This document shows positions 52,291-64,000 of a stretch of DNA of 64,000 nucleotides, in pieces. Under the pieces are notes generated by a model that ran no database searches, was not told the origin of the DNA, and saw nothing but the letters and a program-made list of their open reading frames with translations. The stretch comes from Ascidiella aspersa (lineage: Eukaryota), in the NCBI GenBank assembly GCA_963924565.1, contig OZ004615.1, positions 992,001 to 1,056,000 of the forward strand. Direction: 5' to 3'. A program made the position numbers and the translations under genes. Each line of letters starts with the position of its first letter. Position 1 is the stretch's first letter.

Positions 52291-52719
52291 CAAAGGGCAT
52301 TTTTCGGACCTGATTTCGATGTTTTTTGGACGTTTATTGATTCTTTTAGAATTTTTCCATTTTGCGCCCGATTTGGGCCAATTTGATGTGTTTTATACCA
52401 AAATGTGAGGCAAAAAAGTTGTAATTTTTATGATATTTGTAAATGCAATTCAATCTTACCCAATTTTTTTTCTATTTTTACTCAACTCAAGGTGCTAGTT
52501 TCAACGCCTGCTTTTACGATCTTCGATAAACAAATGTCAAAACGAACTCCCTGGGACCGTTGAAAATCTAAAATTCGCGTTGAACAGATGAAAAAACACC
52601 GCCTTGTTTAGATTTCCAGCTTCAGCCTTCGCCGCAACCTTCGCTCTTGTTGTTGTTTCAAGCGATCCGACAAAAGTCGTAAATCGTTGCCTTCCGGGGC
52701 CTTATTCACGCGTTCCCAA

Positions 52720-53050
52720 AACAAACTCACCCCTAAAAGCGGGGGCGGGCCCCAATTGGGGGTGTGGGGGTGCAAAAGGCCCCAACGGGCACGTGGGTCT
52801 AACCCTGCGTTTTGTGCGCCTTTTTAAATGGGTTTAACTTCGCCTTGTTACGCCACAATGGGATCGCGCGTCGATGACGGGATAATGGAGGCATTGTTAC
52901 GCGGCGGAGCGCGATCGCCTCAGACATTACGTCATCTCTTTTAGGGGGGGGGGACTCAAGGTGAGATAGCATCGGAGAGGGGGGGGGCATGTGTGCGGAG
53001 ACAATGAATAAATGATGGGGGATACGCAGTCTGCTCGCTTCTCGTAAAAC
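52720..53050. promoter_or_regulatory. GC/CpG-rich promoter-like region
   Basis: GGGGCGGG, CCAAT, TTGTTACG twice, TTACGTCA and G-runs. Confidence 0.55.
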
Positions 53051-53554
53051 GCGGCTTAAAACACCTTTTGGAGCAAAAAGCAACTTTATAGGCGCAATTT
53101 TCGCGTTATAGCTTTTGCCGTCTGAAAATAATACTTTTTTGCAGCAAAAGGCACCTGTATTAGGTTTAACTTTCCCGTTTTTTGACCAGCCTAAAAAACA
53201 CTTTTTCCAGCAAAAAAGCACCTGTTTTTGGATTAAATTTTCAACTTTTGAAATCTTTTCCAATTTGAAAAGCACCACTTGTTACAATTTTTGTCCCCGC
53301 TTTCCAACTTTTGGTAATTTTCGAAATCGCGGGAATCTAATTTTCAGACTTTGTCGTCTGATTGTGGAAAAGCACTTGTTTCTACAATTAGTTGCCAACT
53401 TTTGCATATTCACTTATAAAAACAACAATATTTTTGTCGCTTTCTTGTTTTTAGCCGTTTTTTATCATTAGCATAGAAAATCTGTTAAGGAGGCAGAAAA
53501 GGGTTAAAAATGGTCTTAAAAACAGTTTATATTGGTTTAAAGCAGGGTTTGAAG

Positions 53555-53815
53555 TCTAATACCCTAGTCTTAACTCTCCAGCAAACAAGTTCTTCACGTC
53601 TTGGAAGTTGTATTACGACGTGGCTCGTCCTTAAACAAACCTCCCGCCCACGATCCGCTTGTAACCTGTGTTTGTTTAGGTGAATGTCAGCGAAGGTTTT
53701 ACACTTTACGTCATGGGTCACAAAACTAAGGCCCACCGGGTTAATTTTGTCGGGCCTTTGCTTATCCAACCAAGTTGATTAAAAATACAGTTGAAATGTT
53801 GTTGGGTGCAGACCA
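53555..53815 (+). ncRNA. Putative structured RNA unit
   Basis: CACGTC/GACGTG; TAAACAAAC 53632 / GTTTGTTTA 53670; AAGGCCC/GGGCCTT. Confidence 0.5.
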
Positions 53816-56800
53816 AATCAAGTTTTAATTTAATTTCAAACTGAACGACAATTTCATTAAGCTCACTACATAATGAATTTCAAAGCCAAAAAGGCCGAGT
53901 AGATAGACTTCATCTTGATAAATAAGTTTCGATACGAACTTGTATCATCTTCAGTTAACGTGGCTGAGAAGTAAATTAAGACATGACTTATAAAATGTGG
54001 AACGCAACTGTTAACATTTTGAGTTTCTACTCGTGGCATTAATTAGCATTTGTTCAAGCTACATTACAGATCCCTGCATAGCTAACTACATTTTTTTGGA
54101 TTTTTTTTTGTGTTTCCTTTCTTTGACAATCATTAACTTAACACCAGACAGAAAAATATCCGCTCTTACAATTACCCGTCCCCTTTATGAAAAAAATTGT
54201 TGGCCCCTCTCTTACGTCAACGCTATCCATTAGAACTCATCTCTCCAACTTAACGTAATTGTTGCGAAACAAACGACGCGCGATATCGCCACTGTGACGT
54301 AAACAAACGCTAAGAATGAAGGGGTTAAGCGTCCGAATCCGAACAAACAAGCAAGAGTAAGGCCCTTTGACTTTCCTGTCTCGTATGAAAAAGTAGCTTG
54401 AGTTATTGTTTGACTTCTTTTGGATCAAGTTTTAGGTCTTAGGTGTGCATAACTCGCTAACTGTTATGCAGTGTCTATTAAAATCCATCAGTAATCACTA
54501 ATTCACTACAAATAGAAATATTTCGTGTTATTTTCGACATATTATAAAAGGCTGCCTTTGAACGCAAAATACCAATAAATAGTATTCTGTATTATATTTG
54601 TTTATTATCTTTAAGTGTGTTTTATTGCAAGTTACTATGAAGGTCTAGTGTTTCTTTATTCACTAATTTGTGTCAGTTATGTTTTTAAAAAGTTGTAAAT
54701 AATATCTAAAAATATTTTTCCGGCGATTTCATAGGGTAAAAAAATTTTGTTTTTTTCAAATACGCAAATTTTCCGGATATCTTTTTTACATTTCGTTTGT
54801 AAATTCCTTACACGCAAAAGTCCACCCTCACCAAATAAAGAGTGCTACATTTGATATGTAACAAGGTGTTAGGCGTTGAACATTGCACTCGAAACACTAG
54901 GATCACTTCAGTGCCGAGTCGCACTTGAACTTGACAAATTGGAAACCTGATATTCCGTTGCAATAAAGTCGCCAATCGCGCGTGCACAAGATCACGAGGC
55001 CTCTGTGACGAAACAGTGGCTTTCGGGCGCTTTTTCGTCGTTTGCAAAACACCCAGGGGCACTTTTTAGCTTTCTAAACGTGAAACTTAAGCCCCTGGTC
55101 TGAAGGGATTGCTCTTACGGCTAAAGTAGCCGATCAGAAATGCGCTTTTTACGCTGTGGGCAGTTTAAGTTGCCAGCAATGTGCAGTTCACGCTGGAACG
55201 AACACTAATCTCTCCAAGCAAGCTTCGGCCTTGTTTTGATTTCTTTGCCTGATTTTATCTCCATGAAAATTGAGCTCTCGTGTCAAGTGAGCTTAAGGAC
55301 TTTGGAAAGGCGAATCGTCGTTAATTTGTATCGATTATAAGTCGAGGATTTTGACTGTCCTTGTGGATTGTGCAACTGTGGCCGACTGAATGACTTTGGT
55401 TTTCCGGCTATCCACAATGCGAATGCATTAAAGCATTCAACCTTAAGGCCAATATAAGCATTTATTTTGTAACTTGCTCTTTTTTCTCCTGAAAGCAATT
55501 CTTTATTCAAAAGTTTTCTAAAATTTAGAAAACAGTATACTGAAATAACGAAAGCGCATAGGTACCCTTATAATGATTATTATGAGAGTTTCTTTTATAA
55601 TTTCCACCATTATATTCCCTAGTAAACAAAAATAAAATAATTCGTCATTAGAAGTTTGGTTTAAATTAAATAAACTGACTATTTTATTGACTAAAAAAGT
55701 TAAAACCCGATTTTTCAAATTTTGTTATGGGTGTTAAACTCGTCAAAATTTTACTGCTTCGTTTTCAAAAAAAAAAAAAAAATCCTCTCCTTGTGTAACT
55801 TGGCTTCTTTCCATCGGCTAAACGCTTTCCCGGCTCCTAATGGCGGAAAAGTAAACTCACTTGCTCGAATTACAAACCAAGCGGGTATTTGAAGCGTCCT
55901 AAACAAACAAAATGCGGCCCCGTTCGACTCCTAACCCCACCACACCCCTTTATAACTGAAAAGGTCGACGTTTTGGCAGAAAATCTGCAACTTGCTTCTA
56001 TGTTTCTGCATTGAGCAAAAAGATCCGAACCTCTAGGCTTAAAACATGGAAAAAAGCGGTGTTATATTACGTTTGTTGGTTTGTATTGTTTTGAAACTGT
56101 GGGGCTTATTTAGGTTTCAAGACCAGTTTTGAACTTTAAGTTTAATAGCACACCACGAAAAATAACATACCGTTTAAAATTTGGGAAAAAGTTAAAAATG
56201 TCAAAAAGGTAAAAATCGAAACTAAATTTTTAGTTGTTTAAATATTACCGCTTACCCACCCGCCAGTGTGAAGGAAATATATAACGGAATACTAATTAAT
56301 ACTAAAGTTAGGTACACTATGCACGAATCTATAATGTAGCATTGTCAAGACTAATAGGTTGAGCAAAACAACATTTTTTTTACTACAACGTTTTGACCAA
56401 AATGTTTATCTAAACGACGTATTTCGCTTTGGCATCTATTTTTAATGTAAACGTTAAACGTTTGTTGTATACTGTTCAATAAAAATGACTCACTTCAGCA
56501 CTGATTTTTACGTTTTCCAATATTACCGTTTACCACAAGTTTGTGTGTGAGAGGAAACCTTTGAAGTTAAAACCGGTTCCGAAAGAAGCCGGGAACTGAA
56601 ACCCGCTTAGTTCGTTTCAAGTAGTTTGTATCACGCACCATTTGCTATAATCCCGGTGATGTTGTCCGCCCTACCTTGCTTCAAGTGTACAGGGGAATGC
56701 TGTGGTAGCGAACTGTGGCTAATCCCGCCGTTCCTACTTCCATTAACCTCACTAGAAGATTCTACTCATGTGTCTTGTGCTTGTCTTTCCTTAAAAAGTA

Positions 56801-57289
56801 ATTTCCTTAAAAAAATTCCTTAAAAAGTGATTTCCTTAAAACGGTTGCTAGGTTATTTTTTGAATTGAAAGTTTGGATCACTTTAAATACCTTTGCCATT
56901 TTTGTCTCGGGCATTTTTATTATATTGAAAACCTTAGACATAATTTGGAAATTTTTTGTGTCGGACAATTTGATTAATTTGAAATCCTCGGAAATTTTTT
57001 GTCTTGAGCATTTTGATTTATTTAGAAACCTTGGACTTTATTTTCTTGAAAACTTTTCTGTTCAGCAAAACTATTAGGTCCTGTTTTGGATACTTTTATT
57101 GTATAAAAGCAAAATTAGTAAGTCGTTTTTTGGCTATTTTATTGTTTTGAATGCGTTGGCCATTTTTGTCTTTCAACCTCGAATTTGCATATCGTGTTTT
57201 GTCTTTGGCCAGTTCCGTTTTTATAGAAACTCTGCTTGGAAAGTCGAGCTTCTTGTTAATTTTTTGCCAACATTTTCATCGTTGTTGTG

Positions 57290-57845
57290 AGCTGGATGCG
57301 ACGGCACTTGCAATGTTTCTCAAACATCACTTAAACTTAAGCTTTGTGCGTCCTTAAAACCCACTCTGTCGCGTCTCCATGCTTTTGCCTTTTAAAAGAG
57401 CCAGGACTTAACCTTCTGTAAATAAACACTGGAAAGCGAAGTTGGCTCGAAAGCCAAAGGCGACTTTAAGGACGCAAAAACTGAAGCAGACTGATTTATA
57501 TCGAGCCTGGAGACTGGTTCAAGTGATTTCAGCACCCATTTGAATAAGCTTTGTTGTTAAAAGCCTGAGGTTCAAAGCCAAGCGCTCGAATTCTTCAGCA
57601 GTCGGCTAAATCTTCCCAATCGCTCAAACTCTCGCCGTACCTCCGTCTAGGCCTGTCGTAACACGCCCAGGCACCCTGGGTTCCGCACGTCTTTGTAGCA
57701 CCTCGCACAGCGCATTTTTGTCGGAGTTTCGCCACCCACGCTAGATGCTAGATCTCGTTTAAGCTTATTCTTACAGCAGCGTTGCGAAACTTATTAAGGC
57801 AAAACTTTCCTTCCGTGTCTTGTGAGTGCGTGGGTTACCAGCTGA
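57290..57845 (+). ncRNA. Putative structured RNA unit (largest, ~555 nt)
   Basis: AGCTGG 57290 / CCAGCT 57838; GCACTTGCA 57304 / TGTGAGTGC 57821; CTTAAAC/GTTTAAG; perfect 12-bp TGCGTCCTTAAA 57347 / TTTAAGGACGCA 57465. Confidence 0.6.
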
Positions 57846-59559
57846 TTTTGACAAACTTACACCATTGCTTGCGATGTATTTTACTGATAAGTGTTTGTTA
57901 CTGATTTTATTGATAAGTGTGTTGTTATCGTTGATAACTGCGGCTTCAAAACTGGAACATTTGCAATGTACACTTGTGAATTTACTTAAGTAGTTCGTTT
58001 ACATTGTTTTGAAGTCAGTTGTGTTTAAATGTCTTAGTTTCTTTTGGCCGCGAGAAAAATGACTGTTTTGGCAACCATTTAAAAAACAAATTCTGATTTG
58101 GGAAGAAAAACAAAGTATGGCGTGATAAATTGGTTGTCAAACGTCCATTAAAAATTCACATTAATCGAAATATTGACAAGCGATTTGCCTTCAAGTTGTC
58201 AAGATATCATCTCAGACGCAATATTTGTCAAAGTTACCCTAAAAAACGCCAAATTAATCACAGCTTTGGAACAACTGTTAAAGCGAATTATACGCTTGAA
58301 ACTGTGATATTGAGTTGGTGAGATGCTAGTCTATTGCTGGCGCAGACATCGGTAAACAATGTTCAGCCCACGGGTCCTTGGTTTGTTTTGTAGGATGTAA
58401 ACAAACAGGACGTGCCTTTAAGAACACGAAACGCTTTTGGAACTTATTTCGCTGTTTGCTGTGGATTCCCTGAATTTTACAACCATAGTTTTGGGAAACT
58501 GGTAGTTTAAGAGGAATTTTATTTGCAAATATTAACGTTTAGTGGTCCAACTGTTGCTTGTTGCGCTCATTGTAGTTTTAAATGTTTCCTAATCAATTTG
58601 TCAAATCCAGTACATTACAAGTTAATTTGTTTTGATAAAAACATAGGTGCTCAAAATTTAAACAACTTGAAACTTAGGAAAAAAATATTTTCCAAAAAGT
58701 GTTTTAAAACTTGGTGATTTCAGCCATTTTTTTGTTATGTTCTAATGCCTAAACATTCCAAAAGAAGGTGGCGCCCAACAACCCCAATATCTTCAAAAAC
58801 GAGCACCACTCAACAGCAATATAAGTTCTGGTGCGTCTTCAGCCAACAAACATCAACCGCGCCTAAGCAGCAAAGGTCAGGGGCGGTAAAAGGCGAAAAA
58901 GATCTGCGCGTTGAGACTCTTAGACCAGGGTTTGGCTTCACTTGAGGGTTCCGTGGTTTTGAATTAAGCTCTCCTCACTTTTTCGCCTTTCGCTGCTTTC
59001 TGCAGAGCCGCTGCAAAACGAAACCTCGCGATAAGAAAAAGGTGTTTTGTTACGCGCTACGAGCAACCCCCCCCCCTTTTGTGTTAGGCTTGTGGTGATA
59101 TTGAATCACGGCTGCCAAGTGCGCCCTAGAGCTCTAAAACACATACGACTGCGAAAATGCAGCTGCAAATGTCTGCAAAAGACGTTTACTTTCCCGCTTT
59201 ACTAAAATTGTGCTGCGTTGCTGGAAATTGGATGCTAAGAGTTGAAATGTTCAGTTTTGTTGTGGCTTAACCTCGGTCACAATATAGTTTTCTGTTGTTC
59301 TTGAATGATTTTCAAAATGAGTAAAGATTGATATGAAACGTTCACAAAATGCTGGTAACTTCTGCATTGGATTTAGTGTATTAATTCTACTTCAACTACA
59401 ACCTCCAACCATTATCATAAGAATTATTCGAAACGTTTACAAAATGCTACCTACTTTTGTATGGGCTTTGATATTCATTCTACGTGTGTGTATTACATTA
59501 AAAAAAGCCCTAACGAACAATGTTTTTACCGTTATTTTCGGGCACCTTTGGACTGTAAA

Positions 59560-59830
59560 GCGACGGCAAGCCGCTGATGGAAAAAACGCCTGAAATAGAT
59601 TCGATAAAAGCCGCTGAAACGGCGTCTCTAAATTCCGTCGGCTGCGCTGGCTTCTTCAGCATAACCGCAAGTCGGCTTCCTCGAAACAAGAGCTGCTCCT
59701 TCTCCTATCTTCTCCTCGTTTCTCTCACTCCTCTCGCTCCCAGACATCGATTTCCTGTCGGCGGGCGATGGGTGGCGCTAGAGCGCGCTTGTTACGTCAC
59801 GGAAGTCGGTCGGAGATGTTTCTGACCAGC
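59560..59830. promoter_or_regulatory. CpG-rich promoter-like region
   Basis: TTGTTACGTCACGGAAGT (CRE-like plus ETS-like), pyrimidine tract and high CpG. Confidence 0.55.
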
Positions 59831-60982
59831 TCCAAATATGGAGTAAAGGCTTGGAATTAAAATTGGCTAAAATTGACGGTTTTTAAGGCGATATGGGTTG
59901 TGAAACTGAGGTTAATTGGTAAAACTACACATGGTTCGCTGTTCATTGCATTAATTACGAAAAGAAATGTTTGGTTAAATATTGAAATCTTCATAGTTTT
60001 ATTAACGTATGCTTCTGCATAGGAAGTACAGATGGGATAATCACTTTTTAAATTGTAGGCTAAAAAATTGATGTAGCTTTATTAATTGAGATTATCTTTT
60101 CATATTGAGAAGTCGTTTAATTTGTGGAATACAGCTACTACGGATACTTGTAGTTTATTTTTGAGTGATTTCAGTTGAATTCCGTACATTGAATTGAATT
60201 TCATTAACTTGCTTGACTTATTCATTTAATTCATTGTGGATGTTATTTGGTCACGTCAGTCGCATTTTCAACATGCATTTGTTTTAAAGTTACAATTGCT
60301 TGAACATCCATGTCGCAATAAATCGTTTCCTTTAACCAGAAATTGCGAAACTACCTGAACGATTGGCCAAAGGTATGAAAAAGCCTGAAAAACAGGGTGG
60401 AAAAGAAATTTTTAAAAACATAAAGTATGCAACTCGCGTTTTTTCATCTTAAGCAATTCAAAAAAGGCTAAGGTGTAAATAAGCAAATCTTTCAAACAAA
60501 TACCGAAATAGGTGGATTTTACGACGCATAAACACCCCTTTTATCTACTTCCCACCCTAATTTCCAAATGATTTTGAAGTTTATAAGTGTCTAAGCTAGT
60601 CCGACGTGTCTAAATTACTTGTAACCATTGAACCCGGACTTTTTCATTTATTTTAATTTTCCTCTGGTTTCAATTATTCAAAAGCGGCCAAAAGGGCGTC
60701 GTGGTGCTTCGGGAACTTCTAGCTCATCACTTATTCACTACGCTTTTTGTGAATGTTCTTTCGGGAAACGCCCAAATACTGGAGGTTGTGGGTTAACTGC
60801 GTGACCGCTTGGCTTGTGTAAATGACAACTTCAACTAAAATGTCGTTTGTTGTGTCTTGGAGTAATTTCTCCCACCTTGTCTTTCGTTAATTTACAGCCT
60901 CTGTGACATTTATGCGATAAGTTTGTAAAAGTACGTTTTCGTGAAATATACCTAATCCGTGCATAGTTTTATGGTTTTAAAC

Positions 60983-61245
60983 CAAGGGTGGGCAATTATT
61001 TTTAAAAGGTGCCACATGAGAAACATGTTCGTGAGGGCCGAGTTAAACAGGTTGAGAAATACACATAATAGAAAGTTATCCTTTTAAACGAAAGCTGTAA
61101 TTATCCTTGTCTTGGCAAGCTGGTAAAGCAGGAATGGCTGGAAAAAAAATCTAATTTGTTCAATAACATATTTATTCTAAAACCAATGTATCTTCAAGAA
61201 GTTTTTATAGAAAATAAGCGGCGGGTCATAATTTGCCCAGGTCTG
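60983..61245. mobile_element. hAT-type MITE
   Basis: CAAGGGTGGGCAA / TTGCCCAGGTCTG ends; TSD TTTTAAAC/TGTTAAAC (7 of 8). Confidence 0.8.
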
Positions 61246-63004
61246 TGTTAAACCGTACCTTTGCAAGCAGGTTGCATACTTCATGCACAGCCATGTGTAT
61301 CACGGGTCAAGTCAGTTCTCACTTTTAGCGCCACATTTAGAGGCCGACTTTTTGGCTTTTTTGACCTTTTTTGGCCAAGTCGGCCGAAATGTTTTTAAAA
61401 TATCCCTCTGCAAGCTAAGATTGTCCGATACGTAATTTCCGATCCGGTAATGTCGGACAACGTTATCTGGGTTGTCTAGTTGGACTCGATTGTGTAAAGT
61501 TCGGCTAAAAAAAGGTCTTAAATTTGGTGCCGGCTTTTATTTAAACGGCCTGAAAACCTGGCCAACTTAAACCTCGCCAAAAATGCGATTTCTTTGCTTT
61601 GTGGAACCGCTTATTTGCATATATCTTGTTCTGCAGAGTTTTCTGGTTTTATTTGGCAACCGCATGATTTCAGAAAGTGTGTGCTCAGCGTATATATTAG
61701 AAAAATGGGAACGATTTTTTTTGAAAAAAAAGACAAACAAGAACACTTTTTGTGATTAATTTTGTAAATGTAAATTGTAGAGCTGTAACTTTAATAGCAA
61801 GGTTGTGATTGTTGGAAAGGACCCTAGACTATTATTTGAAATTGGAAAAATCCTGTACAACTAACTGTATTTAGTGCTTTTTTTAAAAGTAGGAAGGTAA
61901 TAATGAGAGTATGCGAGTATATAAAATTTTGACTAGGCTAAATGATTTTCGAAGGGTATTCGGGTATATATTGGAGGATATATAAGTTCATGATTTAGCA
62001 AAAGTAGCAATACTTCATCGTCTGGGATTGTCATTTCTTGTTGGATCCGCCCAAAACGTCCTCCTATCCCCCAAACATTGCACGAACCCCCCAAATATCT
62101 TTCACCCGCTGTAGTTGCTATTCATCATAGTATAGCTTTATTTGTGCGTTGCATAATTGCGCCCGTCGTACATTATGCAACTAGCTGCTGTTAACTTAAA
62201 ACAACTAACTCTAAAGCCTATAGCAGGTGTGCCTTGCTTTATCTTAAACCCGCTGTAGTTATAAATAAACTTTGCATGCCCCTAAAGTGCTTTTAACGTA
62301 GTTTTCGGCATTTACTGCATCTCTAGCAATATTTATATCTACTAGCAACGCATTTGTTTAACTTATTTTCCCTTTAACAATGTAACACAGACCCGAAAGA
62401 GAACTTTCGACTATTTGGTGAGAAAACAAGTAATTACTGAAGTCCTTCTTACAATCTGTGTGATTCTAATTCATTGTTTTGTGTTTTCTTTTCTTGTCCT
62501 TTCCCAATTTTTTCCAACTTGTCCCCTCTTTGTGCTTTCCCTTCTTAATAAAAAAATTAAAAACATTTAACACTATAACTCAACAAATTTGCGTCTAACT
62601 TTTTCACCTTTATCGTACATTTGTTAAAAATGAAAACAAATTAATTATTTCCGATGTAATTGTCTTGAATGTCATTTCATTTGCATTTCGCTTTCATCAT
62701 AACTCGAAACATGCTTTGCATATTCGGGTATTCCCCATAATTTCAAATAACACCAACTGACAAATAATTAAAAAAATCTTTCCTTTTTCAATTCGCTTGC
62801 TTTTGCTGCTTCTGCACCCCCAAAAACCCATTTTACCCCCCTACCGCTTGGTGATGCATGCCCCTGCTGCTGCTGACGTAACAATGGAAAAAAACAATCG
62901 AACGAAAAGTAGACGGCTCACCCCTGGTTACCGACCCCTCAACCCTCCCCCCAGGTCCAGAAGGTGGGGGGTTTGTGCCCCCCCGGGCCGATTGTTACGT
63001 GGAG

Positions 63005-63215
63005 GTTTGTCTGATGGAGTACAAGCGATCAGTGGACAGCGATTCCCCGGTCCATGTTCGATGCCACGCTCTCAGTCGCTTAGAGCTTTGCATGAAGTCG
63101 TCTGTGCCCGAATACTGCGCCGACATCGACAGCCGCTACATTTTAATTGACGGAAAGCGAGCTCAGTCGGTGGCGGCTTTTGCCTGCGCCGATGCAGCCG
63201 CGTCATCAGGTCATT
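63005..63215 (+). ncRNA. Putative structured RNA unit
   Basis: CTGATGG/TCATCAG closing stem; AAGCGAT/GTCGCTT; AGCCGCTA/TGGCGGCT. Confidence 0.45.
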
Positions 63216-64000
63216 TGCACGCACGACACACTCGATGTTGTACCTGTGTGTGTGTTTTTGGGGATTTTCTTAGTTTTTAAAATCCAAGTTTTGAATTTTT
63301 TGTACAAAACTGCTGTTTTTTTAATTTTTTTTATTTTGGTGCTAAATTTAGCAACTCTTTTTAGATATATATTTTTTTAACTTGATACTTTTTATATTTT
63401 TTCGGCCTATAGTTCTCACTTAATGTCCGAAATAGCTTCATTTTTTATCTACATTTTTTATATTTGTGTTAGTTATTAGTCTACTTTAAAATTATTTTTG
63501 TTCTTTTTTTTGCTTTTTTAGCCTAGTTTCAAACTTTTTGTCCCAAACAGCTGTTATTTTGTTGTTATTTAGTTGCTTGTGTGTGTGCAATTTGTGTGCT
63601 GCATCCATTAGCGACTGCAAAGTCGTTCGTTTGCCTTTTCAATTTGAACCAAAACACTTGCATGCTGTCCCGCGTGTGACCTCACAATGGGCCGTTGTAA
63701 TTCGTCACAAAGCGCCCTGGTTATCATTCCCACACATATACAGGCTTGTAATCTCCAGTTGTGTTGTCGCAATACGATCTCGCGCTCATCACACCTACAC
63801 ATCCCACCTAAGGCCTCTGTGACTTGATAGGAATGTGGTAAACGCTTTGTTATAAAGCGGAAATCGTTCTCAGGTTACGTCTGGTACCGCTTACCACCGT
63901 CCCCTCCCATGTGTAAGTTATGTGGGAAAATGTAAACCAGGTTATGACTTGGAATGAATATAAAAGCCTATACAGATGTAGTTTGTATTTTCTGGACATT

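Noticed and set aside
52740-52840. Telomerase RNA-like G-rich leader plus CTAACCCT template
   Set aside because: Only 8 nt of template, and no pseudoknot or H/ACA domain could be identified; the region reads better as a promoter.
62797-63280. ORFs of 117 and 101 aa
   Set aside because: Non-ATG starts, no recognisable domain, overlapping promoter-like and structured sequence; expected by chance in GC-richer DNA.
2518-63822. Remaining short ORFs in the supplied track
   Set aside because: Low-complexity F/L/K/I-rich translations of AT-rich or repeat DNA, with no consistent exon structure.

Overview
AT-rich eukaryotic (animal) genomic DNA. The intron signals, hAT-type MITEs and a vertebrate-like tRNA-Asn suggest an invertebrate chordate such as a tunicate (inference). 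Only one credible protein-coding gene is present: a spliced minus-strand gene at ~5.1-6.6 kb encoding a leaderless ~246-aa protein with IL-1/beta-trefoil-like features. There is one canonical tRNA-Asn(GTT), two tRNA-derived pseudo-copies and several MITEs with clean target-site duplications. Several short repeat families carry minimal Penelope-type hammerhead ribozyme motifs, one of them with a U3-A8 core variant. The dominant unexplained feature is a long array, from about 7 kb to the window end, of roughly 40-55 GC-richer blocks of ~200-550 nt, about one per kb. The blocks share no obvious primary sequence, but each can be folded by eye into nested multi-branched stems whose G-U pairs favour the + strand. 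They are interspersed with CpG-rich promoter-like patches carrying a recurrent CATTGTTACGTCA motif. All structures were read by eye; no folding or database search was run.
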